From positions 13,696,001 through 13,760,000 of the forward strand of contig CP068257.2 in the NCBI GenBank assembly GCA_009914755.4: a DNA stretch of 64,000 nucleotides, written 5' to 3'. This DNA is from the human T2T-CHM13v2.0 reference genome, Homo sapiens. Below the pieces are notes generated by a model that worked only from the letters and a program-made list of their open reading frames with translations, did no database searches and was not told where the DNA came from. Positions 15,201 through 28,399 of the stretch are shown here, piece by piece. The translations under genes and the position numbers were made by a program. The stretch's first letter is position 1. Every line of letters begins with the position of its first letter.

Positions 15201-16780
15201 GGCACTGATTCCCAATGCTTCAGCTTTCATTTTCTCTTTTCTTTAGTCTTTCAAGTAGTTATTGATTTATAAACAAATACTTAAATGTAAGGAAGATGAA
15301 GAGATTTTGATTTAAAGCAATCCTAATGGTGAAAAGAAAAATCATTTTGAGCTATAGAGGAAACTCCCTCCACAGCATCTCTTTAACCGTTTTGGGTTTT
15401 CATACTTCAGGTTGTCTTAAATTTGGGGCCATCTCTATTCCTTTATAGTTTTCCTAACTTGTGCCCTAAAAGATAATATGAGCTGTCTTTGATAAACCCA
15501 TTTTAGAGCTTGCTCTGTGATCTGAATCACAAAGTTGACATTGAGAATTATGTTCTTCCCCTTGATAAAGGTTGCTAGAAATGGCAGAACAAACGTAAGA
15601 GATTTTTTTAAAGTACTTGAAAGACAGGACATCCCGTGGGCTTTTCTGACTGATAAGACATGCTGTACATATCTCTACTCAGGAGGCAGAGGAAAGCTTT
15701 GGAAAGAGGATGGGGTATAGTCATCACAAATATTTTAAAGAGACTATAAAAACATGCTAAGGACAGCCAAAGCTGTAATAAAAAATAGAAAACATCAACA
15801 TAAATGATGAAATTATTATTACATTCTATCAATGTGAATTATCCAAGTCCTTTGATTTTTCTGGGAGACTACAAATGAAAAGAGGTATGTGCAAGAACCC
15901 TTCCAGAGAAGGAAGTCTATGTCCTCTTCCATACTATCCCCAACCAAAAATGAATGAGGAAAAATAACATGTAGTTATGTTAAGGTGTTTAGGTTTTTAA
16001 CAAGAGAGAATAAGATTAAAAGTACCTATCAAAGTAATCGTTTTCAAATTGACAGTTGTTCAACGAGTACTCTAAAGTCCTGTATATGTTATTGCCCTTG
16101 ATGAAGATGGGCCTTCCCTTGGTCTAATAAGAAAGGTATACTTTCCCTGTTTATAAATGGCATTTTCCATTCATGGAAGAAAAAACGTTCAGTCCTTTGT
16201 GATATAAGATTTGTCATCTGATGATATGGTAGCCCCTAGCTACATGTGGCTATTAGACGTTTAAAATGTGGCTAGTCTGAATTGAGATGTGCTATGAAGT
16301 GTGAAATATATGTAGGATTTCAAATCCCCCACAAAAAAAATGTAAAGTATCTCAATCATATTCTTATTTTGATTACATGTTGGAATGATAATAATTTGGA
16401 CATATTTGGTTAAATACATACATTATTCAAATTAATTTGTTTTACTTTCTAACATTTCTATTAGAAAAAATTTTATATTACAATTTAAAGTTGCACAGGT
16501 TGCCCACATTATGTTTCTGACCTAGAAGCCAGTCTTAGATATTTGTATCTCTATAACTTTAGGCACTGAAGTCACTTTAAAAAAATAAAGGAAACAAGAG
16601 ATTTCAACTCTAAGAAATGAAATAAGGAAGGATAGACTTTAACTTGCATATGTGGAGAAGAAAGTTCAAGAAAGAGGAAAAAGGGGAGCAATAGAGGTAG
16701 GGAATCAAGTGACTGCAGAAAACAAAGAGGATGGATCAGTTGATGAAACATCAATGCAAAATAACAAGAGTACCACAGTA

Positions 16781-16801
16781 GACACACACACACACACACA
16801 C
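16781..16801. repeat. (CA)n microsatellite, ~10 units
   Basis: acacacacacacacacacacc. Confidence 0.9.
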
Positions 16802-19800
16802 CATGGAGCTCCTATCGTCTTGATTTGTTGCCCTATACTGCAAATCTCATATATTTGATTTCCAAGTAAATTTAGCAAGGTCGATGAGTTTGCACCATTA
16901 TTGCTCAGGAAATTTCTTCCTGTAAGTTTAGATGGACTCACTGTCATGGTACGAGTTATTATTATTAAGTATACCTTCAGCATTTTATATCTACTGAAGT
17001 GGTCATTGCTCATATTTTTTGTTATTCTTCTCCGTTGGCATCTTCCATGCACTCTGTATCAGCCAAATAGTCTAAGTCTGAAACATCAAAATGACTTGAC
17101 AGATCTGCAGGCTCATATCTTGTTCCATTCTAAACCTTCAAAGTTATATGGAGGAAATATAATAAAAATTGATTCTGCAAAGATGTTCAAGTCCTCAACC
17201 TTCCTTACATGGTCAGGATAATAAAAAGATATATACCATACCAAAATTAATTTCCACTGCTCCCTTGGCCTTGGATAAATGAAAAACTATAGTTTTTAGT
17301 TTTATGGATCTCCTAGCCTTCACCAGCACCAGTGTTGAGGAAATTAAACAATTAATCTTTCTTTTAATTGTATAGGAATGTCAGTCAGTGAAGTAAACAC
17401 AACTTATTCCGCTCTTGCTCAATGAAAGTTATCTACTGTGAAGGATTAGCTGCCATGTTCAACAATAACGAAGCTCTTGTTTTCCAATAAAGAGGTTAAT
17501 TGGCTTCAGAGAAAATACGTGTACAGAACACATAGGCCTAATATTGGTTTTGCAAAGGCCCAGTGTGAGGGAAGTTAATGTTTCCTGTTTATTAGCTGTT
17601 TTACAACAATCTGCCCTTGACCAATAATTATGCTTACATAGCTGATGCTAATATGTGTCAGCGCAGTAGCTACTTAATGTATCCTCTGCACCTGTGTGCA
17701 ATTGAGTTTGCCATCAACCCACAGCGTCCTTAGTCCTCACTCTTTGGGTGTTGTTTCCTGTCTCCAAATGGACTAAGCACCTGGATGGTGGAAACTCCAA
17801 TGTCAAAAATCAGGCTGCCTTTCCTGGACCTGTTTTCTTAAATTCTAAATGTAGCCATCTGTTTTGCAGGTCTATGTGGTTAAAAATGAGAATAAGAAAA
17901 GTAGAGGATACTTTCTAAACTTAAAGAATTTTTCAAGGAAATTCACACAGGTGTCCCATACATATTCACTGGGGAGAGGCCTCTGGAGTTTTGAGAGCAT
18001 ACTGAATCACTGTAGGATCTTGCTAAATTGCAGATTTAAGCAGGGCCTGATAATCTGCATCTCCAACAAGCTCCCAGGTAATCCTGATGATGCTGATTCG
18101 TGAGCAAATGTTGAGTAGCAAGGCACGGGGGCTCCTTAGGATCACAGCCACTGTGATAACTACTTACTGATGTTTACTGAGGTACGATTAAGTTTTTACT
18201 TTCTGAGTAGCAACCACGCCTTCTATTTCCTTTGAAAAGACTCATAAAGCTTGCCTGCAGTGTAGCTCTGGACAACAGAAAACTCCTGGTAACTTTTGTG
18301 AAAGATAGATCATTACATGGCAACTCACTGAAACTGATTTTGTCCATGAGGATGCTCTAAGTCACATATAGCAATAGGCATTGGAGAGAAATTTAGGAAA
18401 CAGGACTTAAAGAAATATGGCAGTGAGTGTTACCAACTGGGACAGTTAGACTCATTAACTCCTTGATTTCCCACCTTTTTCCTTATTTACCTTCATGTTA
18501 CTCCCTCTCCTATAGATTATTTATTCCAGTTTGCTCACTTCACTTCATTTTGAGAGCAAGCTAACTAGGTTACAAGTGGCTGTTTAAAAAGCATCCCATG
18601 TAATAAACATGGCACATAAAGTTCACTGATGTCAAGAAACAAGAATCAGGAGCAGTAATGATCTCTGAGTCTTTGATCGTTTTAAAATATAGTTCCCCTC
18701 TGGGTTAAATATTTTTTATGGCTTTGGGAAATATTCATATTAATTCCTAAAAAAAATGATGACCAGGATGAAGAGCCTATATAAAAATAGACTGAAGGAC
18801 AATCACCAGGCCGATTTTCTTTCATGATACAAGTTTTCAGTGACAGCTCTAAACTAGAAACTTTTCAATTAAGTCCAATCTGTCACGGTGGGGGAAACCG
18901 TGTGGCCGGCAGGCCTTGCAAAGAGATTTGGCAGTGAGTGGCCAAGTTAGCATTTCTAACTGAAAATATGCTGTATTTGTTTAAACCATTGCTTAAATAG
19001 CACTGTGTATTTTTATTCCTTTGTAGGCATTTATGCCATTAATTTATATGGTATGCAATTAGGCACTGCAAGCTCAGTATTGGAGTCTCTGTTTTTCAGT
19101 CTTTCCCCCATCTCTAAGTTTGCCTTGGTGGCAGTAAAACAGAATGATAAAATAATCTTTTCTTCCCATCTTGCTCTCTCTGCCACATAGGGAGAAATTT
19201 TTGTCCTTGAGAATGTTAAGTGTCCAAATCATCTCTGAGCCCAGTTCATGGTCAGCACTTGAAGGGAACAGTTTGAGACAGCAGAAGCCTCTTAAACCAT
19301 CCCACCACAAATCTCTTACAATATAAAAAGACAGGAAATAATGCATCCCTCCCTCCTTCAAACTGTAGTGACATGATGCCATTATTGTAACATAAAGTAC
19401 CTTCTTTTTCAAGGTTGTTCTTAAGAGCTGTGGAATTGTACGTTTCAAGAGACTGCATTATTAACAAGGTTTGTATTATAAAAAACATACAGGTCATAAA
19501 TTAATGGCATCAATATCCCCTGGAACTAGATCTTAGCTGTGTTTAGATGCATTCTTATTTATATTGGTCTAATAACCAGGACCTTTCTCTGCTCACCACA
19601 TTTCAGCAGTTTCGATTGGCTGTATCATTAGTTCAGTAGCCCCTCACAAGGGGCACGTCAATCACCTCATGTTCTCCTTCACCTCTCCCTCTTCTCCGTC
19701 TCTTCTGCATTCCCTCTCCCTCGCTGTTTTGTGTTGTGATTTACTTGGGATCGCTTGAACCTTTTTAATAAATAAGGTTATACACAAACCTAAGGTTGCA

Positions 19801-19957
19801 GGTGGAATCTCAGTTCCTTACACTCTCCACTACTCAATGTAATGTGATCAGACTTAGGAGGGGAGAAAGCCTACAAATACCGATACTTTACGGAGTATTC
19901 TTTCAACTGTTGAATGTCCTTTAATTTAATTCAGAAGTCAATCCAATGCATGTTTTC

Positions 19958-20013
19958 TTTTTTTTTTTTTTTTTTTTTTTGAGACGGAGTCTCGCTCTGT
20001 CGCCCAGGCTGGA
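19958..20013 (-). mobile_element. Alu 3'-end fragment with poly-T tail
   Basis: tttttttttttttttttttttttt gagacggagtctcgctctgtcgcccaggctgga, then unrelated sequence. Confidence 0.8.
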
Positions 20014-22769
20014 TGTTTTCTTTCCATTTATGAATTTCCACTTTCAGGAAGAGTTTTTAAAAAGTCAACAAACTCTTCCTGTTGTTCATGTGCTGATTAT
20101 AGAGAATGTGTCTCTGTTCAAGGTTTAAATTTCCTTTTTGAGATTCTCAGTGTGACCTTCAATTATTTCTGTTGGGGCAATGACTAGAAATTCTTTAAAA
20201 TAAAATAGTAACTGGTTGGGCCATGTGGATGTACTGCTCTGTGGGACATGGAGTAACTTACAAGTTAAGGATATGAGTAACACAGAAGATAACTCTGTGT
20301 TGGTGGTGCTGAATTTTGTTAGAGAACAAACCTCACCGAGGCTGACTTCAGCTCTACTATAAACATGCAAAGCAAGAAAATTGCATGTGTTTTGGACATA
20401 CTTTGTAAGGCACCATAAGGTCTATTTCAAGAAACTAACATAACAACGGGTGATACTAAATGCTACTGAGGAACTTGCAATATTTTGCACATATGGACTG
20501 ACTATGTGGCAGCATATATAAATATTTCGTTTGCTAATTGCAGTTAGTTATCAGATTGCACATGAACAGACAGAATGACATATGAGAAGTTCCAAGAACA
20601 TTGTGTAACAGGACATACAACTGAAATATAGTTTTCTCACACTTGGTGAGATTTGAGCTCAGCAAACACAACTTATTCTGTATTCATTCATTAAGATTAA
20701 AATATTTAAAAAATCACCAAATTGAGAACATCGTTATGTTGTCATGTTCGAGGACCAATGCCAAAAAGAATGTGAGAAACTAGAGCTTAAGAGCCACCAG
20801 CTCACAAGTTGCTTGACATAATTTGGAATCAGTTGATAGTTCAATATCTGGTTTCCCCAAAAATTAAGTACCCAATACCTCTTTTTATCATTTTGGAGCT
20901 TAACTGATGAGCTAGTTAGAAAGGAGAGAAAGCAGAAAACAGAATAATTTTTAAAATCACAAAATCTCTAAAAACTGAAATTTCAAGTCAACTCTTTATA
21001 ATTTTCAAGGCAAAACTGACAGAATTAGAAATGTTTACCATTGGAAGAGAAGCAACCATAAAAAATAACTTAATGCGCTTCCTGTTTTATAGATTTATAC
21101 ATCCATCTCCCATAGATAAAGTGTCTCTCCAAGATCCCAAGTCTAGTTTGTCAAGGATAGGATTCGAATTCTTACCTCCTAGACTTGTGCTTTCTCCAGC
21201 TTTGCATGCTCTCTTGATTACTATTAAACCTTTTCGGTTTATCTCTAGAATATGACTTGGAAGCCAAGGTGGTTTTGTGAAATGGGTCTGAGTTTTTCCA
21301 TTGATGATATTTGAGTTCAAATCCTGGTTCAGTTTCATTGCCTTCATCTAGAAAAATGATAATTAGACCTTGTTTTCAAAAATAATTTTAACATTAGAAA
21401 CGAAGTACGTACAATGCCTCAAACCTAAGATGTTCTGAAAATGGTAGCTGTTATTATCATTGCATCTTTGAGGCCTGGGTACTTAGTATGGACTCAATAA
21501 ACAAATGACAGAATAAATGAAAAAAATAACAGATCACATAAGAATGAGTAAGTGAATGAATGACAATAGTAAGAATTGCCACTAAAAGATAAATGAAGAG
21601 GCCTGTGAATATTTTCTTTGGGTTCTCTCCATGTATTAGAAATGCTTTGTTTCCTTTTTGATTTCACTCATTCATCAAGTATGTTCTTTTAGCCTCTGTA
21701 GTGCTAGAAAACATGACCCAGAAAATTAGAAAATCAAAATGCACCGAATGGCTCAAAAATGTATATCAGCTCAGCACAGCCTAAATTGGAAAATCTAATT
21801 GAACACCTATCCAAACAGAGTTTTGTAAACCTTACCTGCACTAACTATTCAAACTCAAGCAGAAAACCTCTCCTAGGAATAGGCCAATTTAATTAATTTT
21901 ACTAAGTAGTAGAGGGCAACATGGCCTTGTGCCAGGGTATTCCTTTTTACTTTTTAAATGAGTGTACACAAACGTACCCCTGGTACCATTTCAACAACCT
22001 CCTTAATCAAACTGCCTGTAGAAACTGGGAGTCTCCAATGTTAACTTTGCTAAGGTGTCTTTAAGACCAGAGAACAAGGAAGAGTCGGCAGTAGTACCCT
22101 GGAAATGCTAAATGAAACACTCTTCCTTATGTTCTTCAGAAGCTAAACTTTTACTACATAAAGTTCGAGATGAGGCAGCAGAGTGATCATAAACAATAGC
22201 TTTGCTGAGCTCTTCAACCCACATAATTTTCTAGCAAATAAAAGATGTAGAAGACCTGTGTGAGAGGAATATTCTACTTTAAAACGATGTGGCCTGAAAA
22301 TTGAGGAATAAGTGAGATATCCTTTTTAATACTCCCTTAGTACTCCAGTCTTTTTAAAAAGCAAAGAAGTAACAAGGCAGGATGAAATACAAGAGAGCAA
22401 ACCTGCATGGAAATTTGTATAAGAGCTTTTAAGAATATTGATATTTTTCTGCTATAGAAGAAATACTTGCACATTAAAAACAATAGGAATGAGAAGAAAA
22501 AAATTTTAAAAAAGGGAAAATCCTAAAACTTTATTTCATAAATACAAAGCCGATCTTGGTGGTTTTTTTGTCAGCTTTGAAAAAAAATCAACTTAATTGA
22601 GGCATAATTTTCATATAATAAAATGCACCACTTTTAAGTGTATATAGTTCAATGGTTTTTGATAAATGTGTACAGCAAGTAACCACCACCAAAGCAAAAA
22701 GTTCCTTCATTTTCCTAGGAACTCAACTTTACACCCTTATCCTTGGCCCTTGGCAGTCACCAATATGCT

Positions 22770-23084
22770 TTCTTTCTCTCTCTCTCTCTTTTTTTTTTTT
22801 TGAGATGGAGTCTCGCTCTGTCGCCTGGGTTGGAGTGCAGTGGTACCATCTCGGCTCACTACAACCTCCTCCTCCTGGGTTCTAGCGATTCTCTGGCCTT
22901 AGCCTCCTGGGTAGCTGTGACTAAAGGCACCCGCCACTATGACTGTCTAATTTTTGTATTTTTAGTGGAGAAATTGTTTTGCCATGTTGGCCAGGCTTGT
23001 CTTGAACTCCTGACTTCAAGTGATCCACCTGCCTCAGCCTCCCAAAGTGCTGGAATTACAGGCATGAGCCACCGTGCCTGGCCC
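22770..23084 (-). mobile_element. Alu SINE whose A-tail has become a (GA)n/(CT)n microsatellite
   Basis: tctttctctctctctctct, then poly-T, then gagatggagtctcgctctgtcgcctgggttggagtgcagtgg...ggaattacaggcatgagccaccgtgcctggcc. Target-site duplication caatat(g/a)ctttct sits at 22760-22772 and 23085-23096. Confidence 0.9.
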
Positions 23085-23099
23085 AATATACTTTCTATC

Positions 23100-24250
23100 T
23101 TTATAAATTGTTTTCCCTTTTGTAGAGTTGCATATAAATGAAATCATACAGTACCTATTCCTTTAGGTCTGCTTCTTTTTCTCAGCATGTTTTTGATGTT
23201 CACTTATGTTGTAGTATATATTACAGATTTGTGGTTTTTTTGTTTCCAAGAAGTATTTCATTGTATGGATAGACCACAATTTATTTCTATATTTATCTCT
23301 TGATAGACTGTTGGTTTCTAGTTTTTTCCTATTATGACCACAATTCCTATGAATATTCATGCATAAGTCTTCATGTGAATATATGTTTTCATTTCTCTTG
23401 GGTAAATACCTAAGAGTAGAATTGCTGAGTTGTATAAGTGAATGTTTAAGCTCATAAAAAGAACCTGCCAAATTTTTTCCCAAGTGGTTGCAAAATTTTA
23501 CTTTTCCCAATAGTAGCAAGAATATTTTCAGTTGCTTTGTATCTTCAACGACACTCTGCACCACCTATTATTTCAATTATTTGCCTTTTCCTGATGACTA
23601 ATGATGTTAAGCAACTTTTTATGTTATTGTTCATTTGTACATTTTCTTTTGTGAGCCTTCTGTTCAAATCTTCTGGCTGTGTTAAAAGTTGTTTGCCTTA
23701 TTGAGTTGTAGGAGTTCTTAATGTATTCTGGTTATAAATTATTTGTCAGAAATAAGTATTGTCAATATTTTCTCCCAATCTGTGGCTTGCCTTTTAATTT
23801 CTAAATGGTGTCTTGCAAAGACTGTAAGTTTTTAATTTAAATGAAATCTAATTCATCATTTTTTCTTTTAAGACTCATTTTTTGTCCTAAAAATTTTTGC
23901 CTATCCAATCATATAAATGTTTTGCTCCGTATTTCTTCTAAAAGTTGTAGCAAAAACTCCAAGCAATACTTTAACTGTATGCATTAAATTTTAATATGTT
24001 TCATTGTCATTTATATTCAATTTATTCTTTGTAGTTAACTTGTTATTTCTCCTTTGATTCATGGCTTACCTGGTGGTGTGTTTTTAGGGCTCCAAAAGTT
24101 TAGGAATGTTTAAAATATCTTTTCATCTAGATTTCTAGATTGATTTTGTTGTAGTTAGAAATCATACTCCATATGGTTTCAATGATTTGAAATATTAAGG
24201 CTTTTTATGGCTCTGTATATTATCTATCTTGGTGAATGTTATCTTAGAAG
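23100..24250 (-). mobile_element. Ancient L1 (L1M-type) fragment
   Basis: ttctcttgggtaaatacctaagagtagaattgctgagttgtataag...cctgatgactaatgatgttaagcaactttttatgttattgttcatttgtacattttcttttgtgagccttctgttcaaatcttctggc matches the reverse complement of the L1 ORF2 C-terminus / 3'UTR. Confidence 0.6.
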
Positions 24251-24339
24251 AAAGAGACTAGAAAAAAAAAAGAAATCTCAATCTTTCTTCAACTTTCCAG
24301 TAGATAAACTTGTTTCAATATGAAATATCAATTATAGAT

Positions 24340-24600
24340 TGAGTATCCTTTATCTACCATGCTTAGGACCAGAAATGTTTTGGATTTAGGATATTTTTAG
24401 ATTAAGAGATATTTGCATATGCATAGTGAGGTATCTTGGAGATGAGACCTAAGTCTAAACACAAAATTCATTTATGTTCCATATACACCTTACACATATA
24501 GTCTGATTAGGGATGCCTAACCCTGTATAAAATGACACAGCATGAAATTAAAATTTTGCTAAATTCATATGTATTAATAATTCTAAGAATATGAAATTAA
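24340..24600. mobile_element. Tc1/mariner (Tigger-like) DNA transposon fragment
   Basis: gattgagtatcctttatctaccatgcttaggaccagaaatgttttggatttaggatatttttagattaagagatatttgcatatgcatagtgaggtatcttggagatgagacctaagtctaaacacaaaattcatttatgttccatatacaccttacacatatagtctga resembles the Tigger/MER family consensus I remember. Orientation not determined. Confidence 0.45.
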
Positions 24601-25643
24601 CTTGCAAATAGCATAATATATAGTAAATATTTGAAGATTTGTCTCAGAATAATAAATCAACAAAATGGACTTTGCCAAGTCTAATCTCACATTAAAATGT
24701 GAGTATTTTTGGAGAATACATAGCTTTATTCTCACATCTTTTAGTAGTATTACTTTGCCAAATAACCTGTCTTTCACAAAACTCTTTTAAAAAGAAGTAT
24801 TCTGAACATTTGGCAGAAGTTTTAAACAATATGAGCCCAAAAGAAAGCTTATCTGACCAGAGTAGTTGGGAGCTGGTCAAATATGTTTATTTCATATAAT
24901 CTTTAATAAAATTCTTTCCATGTCAAGAAAAAATTTCAGGAAAATCAGCTATTATATAACTGAAAAGTTTTATCTCACCAAAATAGTTGAAAAGTAGCAA
25001 CAATTTGAGGTTAAGAGAGCATTCTACTAAATTCCCAAAGCTTCAGTGATGAAATAAGATTATAAAAAATAATGAGTGGTAGAAAGAAGGATGAATTTTC
25101 TACAGCAGATTTTACGGTCTTGTGGGAAATGAGACCATGTCTTCTCCATTACTTGCTAGCCAAGTATACACTCCCAGGTAGCAGGATTTCAGTGAACTCT
25201 GGCGGGCTATTAGACAATAAAATGAAACTATGTGCTAGCCAAAAATCACAAGTGACCACAATGGGAAGAGGTTGAATGAGGCAGCACAGCAGGGAACGGT
25301 TTGGATGCCATGTTGGGAGAAGAATGTTAGAAGCAAATTTTTCAGTGCCGCAAAAATGAAAGAATAGCACTCAAGTATAAATTTTCTCAGCAAGGCAATT
25401 TTACTTCTATAGAAGGGTGCATCTTGCAGGTGGAGCAATGGCAAGAGCACACCTGAACAAGGGAGGGAAAAAAAAGGGGTTTTTATTCCTGATGCAGGTA
25501 GCCCCTACTGCTGCATCATTCCTCTATTGGCTACGGTTGGACCACACAGTCTAAGCTAATTCCAGTTGGCTGCTTTAAAGAGAGCAGAGGTATGAGTTGG
25601 AGTGGTGGGGTGAGTAGTTTGGCAGGAAGAACGGTTACAGAAC

Positions 25644-25710
25644 AGGTGACTCAGGATGAGTCAGGATGGAGCAGGTGACAGGGGTGACTCAGGTCAAAGC
25701 AGGTGACCAG
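25644..25710. promoter_or_regulatory. Cluster of AP-1/MARE-like TGACTCA sites and CAGGTG E-boxes (candidate only)
   Basis: caggtgactcaggatgagtcaggatggagcaggtgacaggggtgactcaggtcaaagcaggtgacc. It holds an inverted pair tgactca-gga-tgagtca, a third tgactca, and four caggtga motifs within 70 bp. Confidence 0.2.
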
Positions 25711-27139
25711 GGGAACAGATGTGAACTACCGATTAGAACTGGTGGGAAAGTTGTTTACAGAAACTAGAGGCAAGGGGGCAAAGAGAATCAGGAAGTTAAA
25801 CTTTAAAATGGAGAACAGATAATAAGAGAGCTGAGCATACTGACATACTGATTCTCTGAAGAGAAACTTGGAGTTCACTATATTTAACAAGAACAACCTT
25901 TGTCTGGGCCTGACAGCTACTGTACATAATTTACTTTTTCAGTAAATGTATCTGGGATTCTTCTCCAAACTATTCGTAGATTTTCCACCATTTGAATATT
26001 CCTTTTGAGTCCTCTATTGATGCCATGAAATTATATCTGTTAGGAGTCCACAATATTAAAAATCTTGAGTGGAAAGAGGGAAATAAAAAAGGATCTTTGC
26101 TTTCTTTTAAATTCAAATTAGCTTCCTCAAGCCACAGCTGGAATAGATTATTCTTGACCTTTCTTTAAGTCATAATTTATTTCTTTACAAGTCCCCACCA
26201 TCAAAGTTTTCAGGACAGTAAGAAAAATGTCTGCTTCACAGAGTGGAGGACATGATTTGCAACAAACCATAATGATGATTTGCAACAAATTTGGGATTCT
26301 TTCCTCGTAGTTTTTCAAAATCATCAGGCTGATCACAATCATATTCAGCTAGTAAATTTGCTTTGGTTTCATCCTCTTTTACCCTTTCTTCTCCTGATTA
26401 TCTATAAATTCTGACTTTTTCTGTGACCAACCTGATTATTACATAAAGTAATGCCTGTAAGCTAATAGTTCACATGTTTTCAATGCTACCTGTTTTTTAG
26501 AAACTATATGCTGTTGTGAAAGGAAAATATCTTGGGCCCCCAAAATCACTAAGGAAAACTCAAACTGGAAACTGCTTAGGGCAAACCTGCCTCTCATTCT
26601 ATTCAGAATTATCTGTCTGCTCACTGACATGGATGCCTATCTGATTGCCTCCTTTGTAAAGGCTAATCAGAAAGTCAAAAGAATGCAACCTATTCTTTTG
26701 TGTCTCTCATCTGTGACCTGGAAGCTCCCTCCCCACTTCCAGTCTTCCTGCCTTTGCTTCAAGTTGTCCCACCTTTCGAGGCCGAACCAATGTACTTCTT
26801 ACATATATTGATTGATGTCTCTTGTCTCCCTAAAATGTACAAAACCAGGCTGTGCTCCGACCACCTTGGGCACATGTTGTCAGGATTTCCCAAGGCTGTG
26901 TCATAGGCACGTCATCAACCTTGGCAAAATAAACTTTCTAAATTAACTGTGACCTGTCTCAGATTTTCTGGGTTCACACCGTTATTTATGCTCACAACAC
27001 ATCAGCAACCCCATGTAGCTGATGAGAAAACTAAGTCTAACCGATATCAAATTACACGTGCATACAAAAATAGTAATTGAAAAAATCATGTCTTGGGTTC
27101 AGGGCTCTTTGATTCCAGTCTGCTAAAAACAGATGTGAC

Positions 27140-27310
27140 TAATTCAGACTTTCATTCACTCATTTGTTTATTCATTCATTCACATTAAGCACCCATTATA
27201 TAGTAGGAAATATTCAAGATATTCAAGAAATGTAAAGGCATAAAAATGAATTAAAAAACACATTCTTACATCAAAGAGTTCACAATCTTTAAATAATTAA
27301 GTGAGAAAAA
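27140..27310 (-). mobile_element. L2/MIR 3'-end fragment
   Basis: ttcattcactcatttgtttattcattcattcacattaagcacccattatatagtagg...cattcttacatcaaagagttcacaatcttt resembles the reverse complement of the L2/MIR tail. Confidence 0.35.
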
Positions 27311-27683
27311 AGTTTTCAGCCTTGTGCATGTGATGAAATCACCTCCTTTTATTGTTTAATATGCCTGCTTAGATTTGACTAATGTATTTTTTAAAAAAAC
27401 ATTGTGCTGTGTTTTAGGTTAACTTTGCACCTGAAAAGAGAACAGTTACCTCTTAAAATTAGAGAACTATTGTATCTAATTGTGTAGGTAGTTACTATGG
27501 GAATGATTTTATGTAAATTTTATTTTATTATATCAGATTAAGCTAGTGATTAGGTAGGTGGTTTGCAGAGATACTAAGAGCCATTTCTCTAAAAGCTAGA
27601 AAAAGGAAAGCTGGGAAGTCAAGTAAGTAATAGTGGTTACAGTGTTTATTTTTAAATTTTTCTTTCTTTATTCATTTTTAAAA

Positions 27684-27975
27684 TTTTTTTTTAGAAGCAG
27701 CATTTTGCTGTGTGCCCAGGCTGGGGTGCAGTCCTTTAATCATAATTCATGCAGCCTCAACTTCCTGGGCTCAAGCGATCCTCCCACCTCAGCCTCTTGA
27801 GTAGCTGGGACTACAGGCATATGGTGACATGGCTGGCTAGTTTTTTGATTTTCTTGTAGAGACAGGATCTGACTACATTGCTCTGGCTGGTCTTGAACTC
27901 CTGACCACAAGCCATCCTCCCACCTCGGCCTCCCAAAATGCTGAGATAACAGGCCTGAGGCATCATGCCTGGCTA
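27684..27975 (-). mobile_element. Alu SINE (older, AluJ-like)
   Basis: Poly-T, then gcagcattttgctgtgtgcccaggctggggtgcag...cctcccacctcagcctcttgagtagctgggactacaggcat...gagataacaggcctgaggcatcatgcctggctac. Diverged and CpG-poor. Confidence 0.85.
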
Positions 27976-28399
27976 CAGGGTTTTTTAACCCTCCCCAATC
28001 TAATGGCTTGGAGTTGAAGTGTTATGAATTGTTATGTGTAAGTGTGGATAATGCAACACAAGAATCCAGGTAAGAGACAGAAACAAAAACAGATACAAGA
28101 TTAAAGAATACTCAGTGTCCTTTGTACAGAAGGATTGTGTCCTTCCAGCCAGTCTTCCTGTCAGTAAGATGTTGAAAACTCAGAATGCCCATCAAAATAC
28201 TACATCTGGGTTTAGATCTCAGGCAAATCAAAGTGGAGCAAACTCCTTCGTACTTTGCAAATAACTTATCACAAGAACTTGAGTTCTGGATCCTAAAAAC
28301 TGGGAAGACTAATAGAAGAAAAAGTAAAGGAAGTAAAGAAAGAGGGTTTCTTTTACCTCTTTTGAATGCAGAGATGATCTTAGGCAACATTTGAAACAG

